Shown here: one piece after another, positions 22,312 through 35,916 of the stretch
How the letters are laid out: the number at the start of each line of letters is the position of its first letter
Numbering within the stretch: the stretch's first letter is position 1
Source of the DNA: Amoebophrya sp. A120
Lineage: Eukaryota > Protista > Dinoflagellata
NCBI GenBank assembly: GCA_905178155.1
Contig: CAJINV010000015.1
Span: 1,542,538 to 1,606,537, forward strand
Reading direction: 5' to 3'
Length of the DNA: 64,000 bases
The notes under the pieces: model-generated
Told to the model about the DNA's origin: nothing
The model's database searches: none
What the model saw: the letters and a program-made list of their open reading frames with translations, nothing else
Translations under genes and position numbers: made by a program

Positions 22312-25084
22312 ATGGCCACCAAACTTCCTGTCTTGCTTGACGAACATGGGCGGCCGTTCACACCCACAGTGTTGCGCCTGCGCGACATGGCGAAGCGCCT
22401 GACCTTCGAGCAGACCGAACTGGATAAGAAGCGACGTCCCCTGTTTCGGCAACAGCGCACCTTTTACAACCGAACTGGGTTTAACGCGCCCGAACTGGAT
22501 TCCTTCGCCTCCCCCGCGGCGCAACGGGATATCCGCTTGACGCAAAGAATCAAGAGCACCCTCGATAGCGAAATCGAGGAGCAGATATCCACAGGAAGCA
22601 TGTTGTCTGGGTCTGGAACAACTAAGTACGTTGTCATGCGAGATTGGGAAAAATCCATCCGTGCATAGCATAGCCATGAGGGCGGGAATGCGAAGGTGAT
22701 GCGTAAGGAGCCCGCTTTTTTGCGTAAGCATGAGATGTCTCTTTTTTGTCGTGTGATTTTTGTGTATTGATGCCCAAAGCCCAAATGCATCATGATGACA
22801 GGCGGGTTCGTTACTTATCTACGCGTTACAGATGAATTTGAATTATAGAAAACTGGGTCCTCTTCCACTACCACTTGTCGGCAATACGCATGACAGATTG
22901 TGGAGTTGTCTGTCATGCCAGCCAAGCATTTTGCACGTGTTGCACTCTTGTTCCTCCAGACCCAGATATTTGCGGTGCATAGCCGACGCAGCACTACCAC
23001 TCCGAAAAGCAGAGGATGTTATCACAAACTATGGGGAATTTCAATCCTACCATGTCTGTCGGGATTGACTCCCTGCAAACCAGCCGCAAGTTCATCCAAT
23101 ACCTTCCGGGCGGGGAAAAGACCTACTTCCACAAGCTGCCCCAGGTGCCGCAGTCCTTTGACTCCCCCCCGCCCACCGTCCGGGGCCAGAAGCTCAGCTA
23201 CGAGGCGCAACAACAGGAGAAGAGACTACAGAAGCAGATGGAAATCTATCCCACGAGAAAACTGTTTCACCGTGGTGATTTTGCAAGATCTGCATGACAA
23301 GTTTTTTTACACATGACATGGAAAATTTGCCATGCGCGCTTTCCAAGGGAAATAAAACACGCTTGAAAATCCAATGTCTTGCAGGTGTAGCAAGACAAAC
23401 ACTTTGTTGCTTCGTTCTCTGCATCACAAGTTCACAGTGAAACAGTTTTGTCTTGCGATAAAATCCTCCAAAACAATACAAATCGGAACAAAAATCTACT
23501 CCGTCCCGCGGTCAACGAGAATGGGCAGAAAATCGTGCACTTGGCTGAAGTATCAAATGTAAAAATGTCTGGGTCTGGAAACTTCTGATGCTGGGTGGTG
23601 TATCATGAGGAGGCCACAAGTGCTGCCTCAGCATGACAGGTTTCTGACCTTCTAGGTGTTGCCTACTCTGCATGACAGACTGCGTTTCTGCATGACAGAA
23701 GAATGGGGCTCTTGGGTAACGGGCATGACAGATTTAAGAGTCATGCAAGACAAGCATGACAAACATGCACCCTTCCAGACCCAGACATATTTGCAGTTGA
23801 TATGAAGTGACAGAAGTGAAACCAGGAGCAGTTGGTACAGCAAATAAAGATGTTGTAGTTGCACCAGCGAACAACCCGAAGACCACGTCGAATTTCATGA
23901 AGCCGCTTTTCCACCAACAGAACCGCCCGAACAAGGATAAGTTTGTATCCCATGTAAAAGCGTCCCCACCCCATAGTTCTCATGCAAATCTGCATGCTCA
24001 ACATGTTTGTCATGCGCAGCCACATGAGAAGCGTTTTCTAGTCGCGTTTTGGAATTTGTAATGCTCCAACCAGCATAATAGGGTGAATCTATGATGCTGC
24101 TGAACGAGCCAAACAGGATTACACTACGCGATGAATTTTGTCATGCGAAACAGCCAAAGCTGGCTGATTTGTGTAGCAGATTTCCCATCTTTGCTATGGA
24201 GTGGGGACGTTTTTACTCAGGATAGTTCGGCGATCGCTACAACTCTTTCGAGCTGCGATATGAATTGCAAAAGTATTATCATACTCGTATAAATGCATTA
24301 CATGATAAGAAATAAAATTTGTGATGCGGATTTACCTTGAGAAAAAAATTTGTAATGCATGATTGCAATTACTACGGTACGAGTGCGATACTTTTGCACA
24401 GGATATGCGCCCGAAGCTGTTAAAAAAAGCGGAGGACGTCAAGCGCATGCTCAACGTGGAGGCCAGACTGGACAAATCGAACCTGTTCCACGACTTTAAC
24501 AGCACGAAACACCTCCCGGAACTTCTGCAGAAGGCAGGCTACGCATCGCAAAAGTTGTTGTTGTGCTATCAAAAAGTGTGAGTGCGGCCTGCGCACGTTC
24601 TTGTCCGATTGTAGTAGGCACGACGACGTTCTCGCAATAAGTAACAAACCTTGTTTCACCTTCGCGGCATGATCATGTTGTTGACGATCTGCCGAAATTC
24701 AGTAACTTGGAATAATTGAATGTCGTGTTTCATGTCGTGTTTCATCTAGTACATCGCAAAGTACTACCCCTACCATGCACCCTCAATACTAGAGCGGCCC
24801 AATTGATCTTCCGTGTTGAAAAACACATACGATTAGATACAACAACTTTTGCGGAGCATACCTTGCTTCCTGCGAGGGACCCGGTGCCACAGCTGGACCA
24901 GGCTATGGATAAGTTGGCGAAAAGAATGGAGAGGAATGACAAGGTGATTTTCCGAAATGTCGGTTTCTACGACGAGCGGCCCCGGTTCCGTAAAATTCCG
25001 GTGAACACGTGGCAGTACGGGAACATGGTGGATCGGTTCAACGGGAAAATGGACGGGGAATTCGAGCAGCTGAGACCCTGGTGA
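22312..25084 (+). CDS. Hypothetical protein (MATKLPVLLDEHGRPF...EQLRPW)
   Basis: Removing 6 introners links ORFs 22246, 23016, 23807, 24363 and 24716 into one open frame; no recognisable domain. Confidence 0.7.
22586..22981. mobile_element. Introner family A (long, degenerate)
   Basis: TGTCTGGGTCTGGA core at both ends; TSD GCAGA/GCCGA. Confidence 0.8.
23247..23460. mobile_element. Introner family E (opposite orientation to 7357-7565)
   Basis: TSD AAATC/AAATC. Confidence 0.92.
23551..23802. mobile_element. Introner family A
   Basis: TSD TGAAG/TGAAG. Confidence 0.92.
23946..24224. mobile_element. Introner family D
   Basis: TSD GTTTG/GTTCG. Confidence 0.9.
24259..24405. mobile_element. Introner family F (shortest, 147 bp)
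   Basis: TIR core TGCAAAAGTAT; TSD TGCGA/TGCGC. Confidence 0.85.
24540..24860. mobile_element. Degenerate introner (TAC start)
   Basis: CGCAAAAGTTGTTG / CAACAACTTTTGCG inverted pair; TSD eroded; removing element+5 nt restores the frame. Confidence 0.7.
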
Positions 25085-26418
25085 AGATGATTCGAGCTCT
25101 TGTTTCATACTACGTTTTTGTTTTCGACCGGACGTCGAGAGGAAGATCACCACCCAGCGGCGTCATCAACCGGCGACAGAAGTCAAACATAAAATAAAAA
25201 CAAGAACGTTTTGAAAGTAAGATAAATGTTTTTTCGAAACCTATTTCAGTTTGTAGCTCTACCCAGTTTGATATTTTCCAGCATATCTTAACATAAGTAC
25301 TTATTTCTAGTAGTTCAGGCGTGTTTTTCTGCTTTCCGGAAATGCACTACTGTTCTAGTCTTTTGTTGCTTTAAAACCCATCCCCTTTTTTTTTGGTTGC
25401 GTGCAGTGTACGATGTCATGAGTGGGAAGTCTGAGGCTCGATTAAGATTATGTTACCGATGCATAGCATTCAAAAACTATGATCGAATCTTCCATGATCC
25501 TAGTGGCCTCACTTGAAGCTGCCTCGCGAAGCTGCCAACAACTGTGCTACAAAGTGAGTGAGCTGAAACAAAGCAGACAACTCCCACTTCGTAGTGCAGA
25601 CTGTACGCATGCAGTAACTTTTAGTTTTTCTAGCACAACAACGCCTTTGTGGTCTTTCTGAACAAAAAGATCGTGCTTCCGCAACTACTAAATTAATACC
25701 CAAATAGAAGATCATCATCTCCCCCCTGACAAGTAACTATACAACTTCCGTGTGCTGTCTTTTGAAACTCTTCTCTCATGTTTCTTTTGCGAAGCGACTC
25801 TGAAAGTATACAACAACATCGCAAGAGCATGTCAACGGAAGTAAGGGATACTTTCCATGAGAGAATTGCAATTCCAATTGCACGCAGCAGATTTCCCCTT
25901 CATTTTATCCCCCCTGCATGATGAAACTGACGGCATTTTTTACGTCTATTTTCGAAAAAAATTTCGCGGCTGCACCTGCAGCCTCGTACTGGTCGGTCAG
26001 TGGTTCTGCCTGTAAGGACCGGGCAGCAACCGCGGTCGGCGTCAGCGAGTTCCGAGCAGGAGTTCTTACACCCATCGTAGCTGGTGCACTAGGAACGCCT
26101 GTTGTTTTTGCTTTCTGTTTTTAAGCAAGAAGAAAGCCCAGCGCTTAGTATGCTCTTTGTCCTCTCCAGCTTTCTGGTCGGTGTATCTATACGATTTGCA
26201 ACAGCCACGTGTTGCTTTTAGCTTAGCCGTTTCTTTCGAAAAAAAGCAATGTCTTTCGGTTTTTTCTGAATGGTCGTGAGTGTCTCTTGGCTTCGTATGT
26301 GGTTCTTGAGGAACAAAACAGCTCGGTTCGTTCGGCCTGATTTGGAATTCGTCGGAATTACTGCCATGTACAGACGCATCGTGCAGCTACTTAAGTAGTT
26401 GCAGGCTGCCGTAAAAGA

Positions 26419-27766
26419 TTGGCGAAGTGCTTGAGCGTACTGCACGCAAGGGACATTGCGCATATGGACGTGAAGCCTGATAATATCCTGGTCAAAAAGA
26501 TGAATACCGGAACCGAAAGTGTTTTCGTGTGGGCCGATTGGGGGGCAGCGGAAATCGTTCTCGACCCTGCAATTAAGGACGACGCACGCAAGCAGTTTCT
26601 CCACTTTTTCCGACCCATTCGAACTGTGCGGTTTGTAGGCCCTGAGGAAAATGGGTACTACATGCAACCATAAGAGCAGAGAAACATGTCAATGATCAGC
26701 TTCACTGCGCTTGGCATTTCTTTATGCATGCAGAAGATTATGCTGTGCGCGCTTTCATCGCTAAAGGGCCGACATACTTTTCACCTGCGAAGGCACTTCT
26801 TTCTGGACTAGCCTGTCTGATAGGTCGTGTCGGTAAGCCTTTATTGTTCTGCTACGGCAATTGGCTCAGTTCGATCGCTATGTGTAGGAGCGCGGGGCGC
26901 GTCCGTCACCGTCACCGCTCTTTGGGCTCGGCTTGCCGAGCGCGTTGGCCAGCACCAGGCCGCTGCGGTGTCGGTGATTTTCCATTCCATTCACAGACTT
27001 CTCCTGCGACAACTCGTTCAGAATTTGAATGAAGTGAAAGTGTGCGCGTTTTCTTTCTCGCGAAAGCAAAGCACTACGCAGCCGACCTGAACATTGCATG
27101 TTCTCCTTGCATGACCAGCGCCTTGGTTTCGACATCACGGGGGACGAGGGAAGAATTTATTATCCACACGACCGCGGCCCACGGATACCACGGAAAGGAG
27201 ACGAAGTGGCACCGGTCGCGTGCAAGGACAAGTTGCGTAAGCGAAGAGATGTCTTCGCCTTTGCATCAATTTTCCTTGGCCGGTACTTCAGCGGCGCATT
27301 TTTCGGACCAGAGCGCCTGGGTCTCTTTCAGAACCCCTTTCTTTATCTGTTCAACAAAAGAGGTGCGGGCGGGGAAGACACGCCGGCCGCAGTTTGGAAC
27401 GTTGACCTTATCTCCGCTACGGACCGGAAGAAACTAGAAGAGAGTGGCAAGGAGGACAAGCAAGCTTTGGGAAACTTGCTCGAGTCTTGCGAGTTCCCCG
27501 GCTTTGGCTCTGACCCACCGCAACCAGGTTGGTTGCCGTGCTCTGGCGATACATTGAGCCCCTGGCTTGATCCAAAAGAACTGTGTGTGTGTCAAACGGT
27601 GTACGATCAAGACCTAAAGGACATCTGGTCGGGCTTCCTCAAGAAGGACGCAACACCACAGCCGGAGTTGAAATATCTGACCTACAGGATTTCCAGTTTG
27701 GTCGTGCAGGCTATCCTGTGTGAAAAACTCAGCTTCTACTTCCCGATCATCCCACTTTGGAAATGA
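26419..27766 (+). CDS. Protein kinase-like gene (partial model)
   Basis: LHARDIAHMDVKPDNILV catalytic loop, DWG in place of DFG; ORF 27098-27766 is a plausible downstream exon; N-lobe not located. Confidence 0.5.
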
Positions 27767-29509
27767 GTACACACAAGTGGTGGAGGTCCACTTGTTGTTC
27801 TCGCAAAAAAAGTAACGAAAGCTTGTCGTAGTGGGCTCTGTGTTTTTGTCGTGGAGATATGGGGTCGTGGGATAGGAAGATTGTATATTTTCACATTGGA
27901 TACCGCCCGTTTTCGATTCTTTGTCCCATTGGAAAAAGCGCCCACCGATATCCGTGCTCGCGGATATTCTCAGTTTTGCAGCTGCTCCTGCACAGTTTGG
28001 AGTACAACTACCGGTAGGGCAGGTTGAGGAGGAAAAACTTTTAGAAGTAGACGACGATGCGCTAAAAAAGTGTGCGAAGAAAAATGAATTAGAGGAGGCC
28101 ACGGGGAACGACGTGTGTGGAGACGAAGACACGAAGAGGTGCGTTTGTCAGTTTTCTCCAGGTAGTAATCCGCAAGAGAAGCTACTCACTGAACTGGACG
28201 AATTGAAGGAATGCGCAGCGCATGCGCATAGGAGGGCGCTGCATGTTACGCGAGCTGGGGAAGCAGCAGGCGAGGCTGGTAAAAAGGCTGAAAAAACTGG
28301 CGAGGCGAAAGCACCGTAGCTGCCGTGGGAAAAAATGCTCATTCCGCTATAACATCGGTATGTAGATGTACAGCCACAGCGATCATGATCTCCAAGACCA
28401 GTGCCCATGTGGCAAGAGCCGAGAAGTAAATAGGAGTAGGTACTTAAATTACAGCTACTTGTTTTTATTTGTATTTCGCGTAAAGCTTTGGTTCGGAAAC
28501 GGAACCCGCAGTTGGCACCAGCGGGTTCCGGCGTGTTCTTGCACCCGTCGTAGCAGATGCACGAGGAACGCCCGTCCTTTTTGTTTTTATGTTTTTACAA
28601 CGCGAGAAATAACACGAAGCTCATAATTGGTCCTCGTTCTTGATCTTGTTCAGGGCGTCAGCACGTTGTCGGTAGTTGGTGATCTAAGTAAGTAGTCCAT
28701 TTCAAAACCCGCGGCTCCTTTCGTACTAGGTCATGTTCTGTTTTGGTGCCGTTCTATCTCATGCGCATCAAATCTTTCGTTTTAGGCACTAGTGCTAGTA
28801 GATTATGTTTCAGTCGTTGGTCGTACTCGTGCGTTACGTTCCACATAAGTCGTTCTACTTTCGTTCCATTCGTCGCTGCTTATCATCTCTCGTCTGGTTG
28901 ATGTGAGCAGGCATGATCCAGCTCAGCAGGACTATTATTGTAGAAGAAGGAGGTATTGTTTCTTTCTTTCTTTCTTTCTCATGCCTGGGCATGGCGTCAA
29001 ATGTTCAAGGTACTGTTATAAGCGGTAAACGAAGATTGATTCAAGTACCCCCTGCCGTTTGCTATTTGAAACAGGACCAGGGATCATGTGAGCTTCTTCA
29101 TTTGCTTCTACGCGTTTTCTCATAGATTCTATCTGAAAATTGAATTTGGACAGTCGCAGTCCATAATCTTCGCATCCAGTTATGAAGAGCCTTATTTGCT
29201 GGTAGCGAAGTAGTTAGGAGAGAGGTACTAGCATCCGCGTGCGTCCCTATCTCTATGATAGTTCTTCTACCCCGAAGGCGTTCGTCGTCGTTAGAAGAGC
29301 TCGTTTCATTGGTAAGCTCGTTTCATTGGTAGATCTTCATAGCGCTTACTACTCGTATTCATAATGAGGGGCGGCGCTTGGAAGTGGTTTTCGTTTTTGT
29401 TGCGTCACATACTCGTTCTGGACCCGCAAGTTTTTCTTGCGTTTTAAACCCGGCACCCAGCTCCGCGTCCGTCATAACATTGACCACCGGAGTCTTCTGT
29501 TCGCCCATC

Positions 29510-32500
29510 ATGGAGATCATGACTACTCACCTTGATCACGACCTACCTCGACCATCCCGCCTGCCGGTTGTGACAACTACTGCAGCGAAGCTCTGTATAA
29601 TTCTCCTCGCCTCCAGCTACATCCACCCGCCGATTGTTCTTGTGCGAGCCCGTCTCACTACACGAGCGGAAGCCGGCAGAATCGAAAACCTTGAAAATGA
29701 GAATACTACCACAGAGGACGACGCCGCCGCGCGTGCGACACGCGAGAAAAGGACTACAGGATCTGCATCGGCGTCCTCGTCCGCCCCTGCTCGAGCTTCC
29801 TCGGGTGGATCGCCCGCAGCAACTACGTCATCTTTGGGATTCCTGCAGGACCAGGAGCCCGCGGACCCACCGCCCGGCCGCGCCTCCAGCATCCCCGGCC
29901 AGCACTGTCCCGACCAGCCTGACAAGATGATTGCGTTCGCGGACCTGAAATCCGAGTGCCGCATGTGGCCGGGACGGCAGAACGCTGCGCAAACAGGCTG
30001 GTACGACGGATGGGACACCACGCGTCCGGAATTTGGATACACACCGCGCAAATCCACCTGTGGAAACGACGTATGCTGTGTGAAAGAACTATATCGTCCG
30101 CCACGACCGGTGCAAGTCATGCAACACAAATATATTCGACATCAACTTCTATGCTATCTTTCGACAGCACGACTGGCTCGGGGTTGTGCCTGTCATGAAC
30201 AGTCTCTTGTGTGCCAAGACGAACATGTAGCCTGCTCCGTCGTCGTAACCAAAATTATGTTTCTTCCACAGGAGCAGGCCAATTTTATTCATTTTTCGGC
30301 GCAAGTATAACTTTTTGTTCTTCCCGTGAGAAGTACTTCCTTGCTCAGCACGCGCTACGTCGATTTCTGTACGCAGAAATGACTATGAGATCATCTCTTC
30401 GATCAGGCGTTGGCACGGTCGTCGATATTTTTCCACACGATACGGTGCCCTAGGTTTCTACCTGCTTGCGGATGAGGACGGTGACGGGGAGGTGGACCAA
30501 AACGGGGGCGCCTTCTGGTGGACCCGGGTGCCGAGCTCGGCAGCCGAGTGGCAGGCCCGCCGGGATTTCGTGGCCCGCAAGCTGCGCACCCATTCCCCCG
30601 GTCGCGAGGATTGGATCGACGAGTTCGACTTGGCAAAACGCGAAAACCCGCTCGCGTGCGGGCCGCGGGCCTTCATTACCAGCTGCCGGGAGGTGAACCC
30701 CGAGGCCGGGGACTACGGGACCTGTGTTGCGCCCGAGCAAGAGAGAAAATTGTCGCCCGAGTGGCAGTATTGGAAGGGTGGGAATGGGAACTTCGAAGTT
30801 GGGTTATCAAGAAGAAAAATCCCCCCTCCCTTTATCAAAACGGAAATCTGTGATGCAGATTTGTGGTCACAAGTCAGTTTTGTCATGCTAGAACGGAAAA
30901 GATGCGAACTGTAGTGCTGGGGTGCGTGGTGGAAGAGCCTTGCATCTTCAGCATGACAGGAAGCAGCTGGAAGTGGCAAACAGCATGACAAATCGCCTGC
31001 AAACGAGGCCACAGCTGCGCCGCTTTGCCTTCTAGCAATACAAGGCGACTTGTGTACTCAGTTACAGCATCACAAATGTTGTCTTCGATATGGGGAGGGG
31101 GGACGTTTCGTTTTGACATAAGTTTGCGAAAATCAAGGAACGGTGTCGCCAGCGAGATTCAGGCTACGACTGGACGATACGCATTGCAGCAAATTATACG
31201 TCTGGGTCTGGAAGGATGCTGCTTGACTTATGGTGCGCGTCCGAAAGATAAGTACACAAAAGTCTGTCATGCGTGGACAGCAAAAGTAGGAATAGCTCCT
31301 TGTAGTCAACAGCGAACAGGAACAAGCACCGAGAAGTGCGGAATTTCTGATGCGGGATCATAGCCATCGATAAACCTCCTCACTACCTGTGACGCTGTTG
31401 CTTGCATGCCAGAGCTTCTAGGCCATGCAGAAGCCGCACGACAAACAGAAAGAACACAGGCAGGATTCTTCCAGACCACTCCGACTACATATTTGCACTG
31501 GATAACCCACAGGCAATGCGTTACACACGGAGGAGTATGGGAGAGTCAAGTACTCGGTCTACTGCATCGCGAAGAACGGTGCGGAATACCCCGTATGAAA
31601 TGCAAATATGTCTGGGTCTGGAAGGTTGCAACTTGTGATGCTGTCTTCGAATTCGAAAAAAATCTGTATTGCATGACCAGCAAGAGGGGTCCAGTTTGTG
31701 CTACGCCAGGAGGCCATTTCCCATGCGGGATGGCATCAGGAAGCCTTCTAAAAATCTGTGATGCTAGGTCATGCATTACAGGGCTCGTGGGACATGAAAA
31801 ATATGCATGAAAAACATCGCTTTCTTCCAGACCCAGACATATTTGCAGTGGATACCCCGTCCCCTCGGATGAATTAAAGTGGATCGATAAATTCTACACC
31901 AACGGGCACAGTGCCGAGTCCGGGCTGCGGGCGTTTTACCCGAGTGAGGACATGGGCGGCGAAAAGTACGCCAACAGTATGGTGGTTTGGGCCGGCCCGG
32001 ACGGGGCGCGGTTCTTCCCGTTGGACTGCATCGCGAAAGAGACCCCCGGCTACCAAGGCCACAGCATTTTGCACAAGGCCACCGAGCGGGACCACCCCTG
32101 GCGCGCGGGAGATTACGCCCTGCTGCCCATGCGGCACCAGAAGCAGCTGCTCTGGGAGGAGAAGCGAGTCTTCGAGACGCAGCTGAGGGAGCGGACATCA
32201 AGCCGGCTCTTGATGTTCTTCCAGGACAAAGAACCACAGGCCCTTTCGCACGCGGCCGCGGACCGGCGGAAACGCGAGTTAATCCGGGCCAAGCTCCCCG
32301 CGCACGCGGTGCGGGCGGTGGCAAGGCAGAATATGAAGCTGCGGGAACAGGGGGATCACGGTGTGGATCTTCATCTATACGGGATTTTTCTCACAGACCA
32401 GTGCCACGTGCAAAAGACCTCGGTGACCGATGCGGTTTCCGAGATAGAAATGTTTGACGCTCAGTGGACCGATGCCGCAGTGAGTTTCGAGGACGGCGTT

Positions 32501-35500
32501 TTTGTCTGCTTACACGAAGACCGTCTGACGGACCCAGTGCACTGCGGCGAGGCAGTGAGTGCGTTTCCGCAAACACACAAGATCACGAACCCCGCGACGG
32601 ATTTTCGAACCGCGGCGGGGCAGTTTCTCGCGCGGGGCCACGATTCGCCGGACTGCAAGTGCGTGCAGAAGCTGTCCCTAGACCCGGATGAATACAATTG
32701 GGAGTCATACGTCTACGATATCGACGAGGACGCGGCCTGGTGCGTGTCGCAGCAGAAAGCCGCAACGGTTCCAGAGTTCGTCTTTACAAACGGGGAAAAT
32801 GCAGATTTCGACCCGCAGAAAACCGGGTCCGCGAAATGCGTGCGGCGGGTCGGACGGAAGACGGAGGAGGAAAAAGAGGCGGCACGGAACGAAAGGGAAT
32901 CCAACTTGCTGCAAGAGCGGGGCGAGGCCGATTACGGCTGCTTGGTGCAGAAAAACGTAAATTTCGGAGGGGCGCGAGTCAACGAGATGGATTCGGGGGC
33001 AGCAGGAGCATCTGATACAAGAACAACTTCTTCATCTTTCGCACAAAGTGGAAGAACTTCCGGGAAGATCACTGCGACTGCCACGACCACTGACCACTTA
33101 GACTTCAAAACGTGCCTGCAGACCTGCGGGGAAAACGAAGAGTGCGGTGGCGTGGTCTATTACAACCCCTTTCCGGAGTGGTACCAGCGCGGAAAGTATC
33201 AAATGCAAAAATGTCTCGGTTTGGAAGATTAGAACCTGTCATGCTAAATCTGAATGATGCAAAAATCTGTGTTGCGTGAGTACCAAAAGGTGTCCGCTTT
33301 TGACCAAGTCGAGAGGGAGCTTCTCATGCAGGAAAGGCATGATAGAGACCTTAGAGAATCTGTCATGCTGGGTCTCGCATTCCAGACCTCATGAGTCATG
33401 GAAAACCTGCAGCACAAATCTTGCATTCTTCAGCCCCAGACATTTTTACATTTGATAGAAAGTGCACGCAACGAAAGACAGGCGCGTGGGGGGCGGAAAA
33501 GCAGGTGCTACCGGGCTCCTTTGCGGTGGCGATGACGCCGGTGTGCCGATCTGAACTCAGCGGCAAGAACGTACCGTCCGGCTCCGGTGCGATGAACGGC
33601 CAGACTGATAAAAAACGGAACCAGCCACACGCGCAAAGACCACCAGCGGGTGCTGTTCATGGTGCAGCAGATTATATCAAGAGCAAGGACCACCATTACC
33701 AGCTTGAGGACAGCACGAAAACAGAAGTGTTGAAAGATTACGAGCTGTGCCTGAAACTGTGTGACAGCCGGGGGGACTTGTGCAAGGGCGTTGCCATGAA
33801 TGTACGGGCCGAGGCGTGTTTCCTGCTGGATCACTATTGCGCGAACGCTGGTGTGAGTGCCATGGTCGACCGGACCTTGCTCGACATAGCGGAACAGGCA
33901 ATAAACGCGGAGGCCGGCGGCGGGGGTGATGTCGGCGAGCCGACACCAAATGATGATCGTGCTGCTGAGAATGGAGCTACGCAGCACGCTGCTGCGACGG
34001 ATAGAACCAGCACAACTGCTAGCGTTCCAACTTCAGCTAGCAGTAGAAGTAGCAGCAGTTCGACGTCCTTTCTGGCTGAGGAGATAAAAACGAAAAAAGC
34101 AGCTACGTCGGAAAAAGAAACGACACTGCAAGGGGCTGAGACAGAAATGCCGAAGAACAACATGAAGAAAAGCAAAAATACCGGGGCAGCAGTACCAAAC
34201 GGCAGCACCACAAGTTCCGCGCTTGCGGACATAGATCGGCAGCTAGAGAGACTGTTCGAGGAAAAGAGGCAATTGCAGCAGCTGGAAAACGAGAAGCAGT
34301 CTACCTCTCCGGCTTCTTCACTCTCTGGAAAAGCAGCTGCACCGACAAGCCCTGCCTACACTCCGACCGCCGCCTTGGGCGCGGAGGAGCAAGCGGGCGG
34401 TACTACTAGCGCTAGCACAACCACGGTTGAAAGAAGATCTTCACAGAGCGACCAGCTTCACGATATTAACGGCTACCCGGCACACCATGGTCAACAAAGA
34501 GAACTACATCAGCCTTTTTTGATGTACCCGGAGCAGTCGGGAAGAAGTGTCGCGCCTTCTGACAGCGGTGGACTGATGGTGGGCACAAAGGGTAGAACAA
34601 GGTCTAGTTCCCCTTCGCACGACCCCACTTCCGCCTCCGCGGAGTTGATCGCCCGCTTACAGCAGCAGGGACTCGGCACGCCGAAGAAAGCGTGGCTATT
34701 GGCCATGAAGACGACGGATCAAACTACCAACACGACTGCGGATCATGCACAGCAGGCTCAGCTGGGATTGGGAACGCAAATGCAGACGTCGGCGGAATTG
34801 TATCGCAAGGAAGAACTCTTGTCGGGCAATGTTGTTGATGGTCACAGCACACACCAGGCAGCTGCCCAGACGACCACGGCATTTTCTTTTTCCCCGCCAC
34901 CGCAGCAGGCTTTCATGAGAAATTGGAAGGACAGGTCTACTTCCGTCAAGCCTCTGTACATCGCCCTGATCATTGGTTGCCTTTCTCTGACCATGGTCGG
35001 ACTCACCGCGTTCTTGATTTGGTTTTTTGCCTGCCGGGACCCGGAAAGCCTGGACGGTGCTGCAGTAGATGATCACAGTGACTTGTACGGTGAGAATGAG
35101 GGCTACGGGTTGGGCTTTGCCTACAGAAAAGGCGAGCCGTCTGGAGGTGCTATCGGTGGAAATAAAAATTTCAATGCGGGCTCGGGCAACGTCGGGGGGA
35201 CAAAAGAGATGAACGGCAATGAGGCTTTTCGCCAGTCCCGTGTGACCTACGGAGCAGGAGGTCCTCGTGGTCCTCGGGAGCAGAGCACAAATAACAAGGG
35301 CGATCGTGGTCGCGCCACGAGCAGCTACAACAAGTCCCCCGGCGGGAAAAATAGGAAAGGCGACGGAGGGGTTCTTTTGTCTTCCCCTAGTTCGGGCAAC
35401 ATTAAGCAAGGATACAGCACCAGCTATGTGGCAAGAAGTTCGAAGGGCGAGGGAGAACAGCAATTCGTGGTTGACGAGGAGGGTGCAGCTGCAGTTTTCA

Positions 35501-35916
35501 GTGGAACTACGAGCGAAACTGGTTTTCACGAACAGGAGAATGAACTGGACGACACGTATTTCACTTATGACTTGCTCAAGCGTTACAATCTCGAACGTTG
35601 CAATAGAGTCTGGAGTTTGTGTTGCATGATGAGCATGACAGACTCGCACAGCGTGCCACCTTTTGCAATACAAATTTCGCCACATTGTAGTGGGGTTTGG
35701 GGCTCCGGAACTTATCATGCGCAATCCTGCGAGAGTTCGTTGGCTGGATCATGCAGTCTTGCATCACAGATTTCCATATTCTATTGTAACGTTTGAGATT
35801 GTAACACCTGAGCGGGTTATATCACTGAGTACGGCTGGAACGCCCTGGCCGCCGCGCCAGCACTGTCCGCGAACGTGCCACACGGCAGCCAGGTGGACGA
35901 AGAAGGAGTGCAATAG
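29510..35916 (+). CDS. Large type-I membrane/surface protein with PAN/apple-like Cys modules
   Basis: Hydrophobic N-terminal segment; CLQTCGENEECGGVVY..C and CLKLCDSRGDLCKGV..CFL motifs; TM helix LYIALIIGCLSLTMVGLTAFLIWFFA; 6 introners removed in frame. Confidence 0.7.
30072..30442. mobile_element. Old degenerate introner
   Basis: TAT..ATA ends with decayed TIR; TSD CGACG/CGGTG; removal joins ORF 29378 to ORF 30492 in frame. Confidence 0.65.
30805..31118. mobile_element. Introner family C (3' end ACA)
   Basis: TSD TGGGT/TAAGT; opposite orientation to 37096-37416. Confidence 0.82.
31178..31504. mobile_element. Introner family A (degenerate, TAC start)
   Basis: TCTGGGTCTGGAAG core; TSD GACGA/ACCCA. 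Confidence 0.75.
31594..31854. mobile_element. Introner family A
   Basis: TSD CCCCG/CCCCG; similar to 17048-17309. Confidence 0.92.
33197..33457. mobile_element. Introner family A
   Basis: TSD GAAAG/GAAAG. Confidence 0.9.
35566..35821. mobile_element. Introner family G
   Basis: TIR with CTCAAGCGTTACAATCTCGAACGTT; TSD TCACT/TCACT. Confidence 0.85.

Noticed and set aside
29298-29331. 17-bp tandem duplication AGCTCGTTTCATTGGTA x2 (also 14-bp palindrome CTAGCCGCGGCTAG at 5054-5067)
   Set aside because: Isolated local features with no supporting context.
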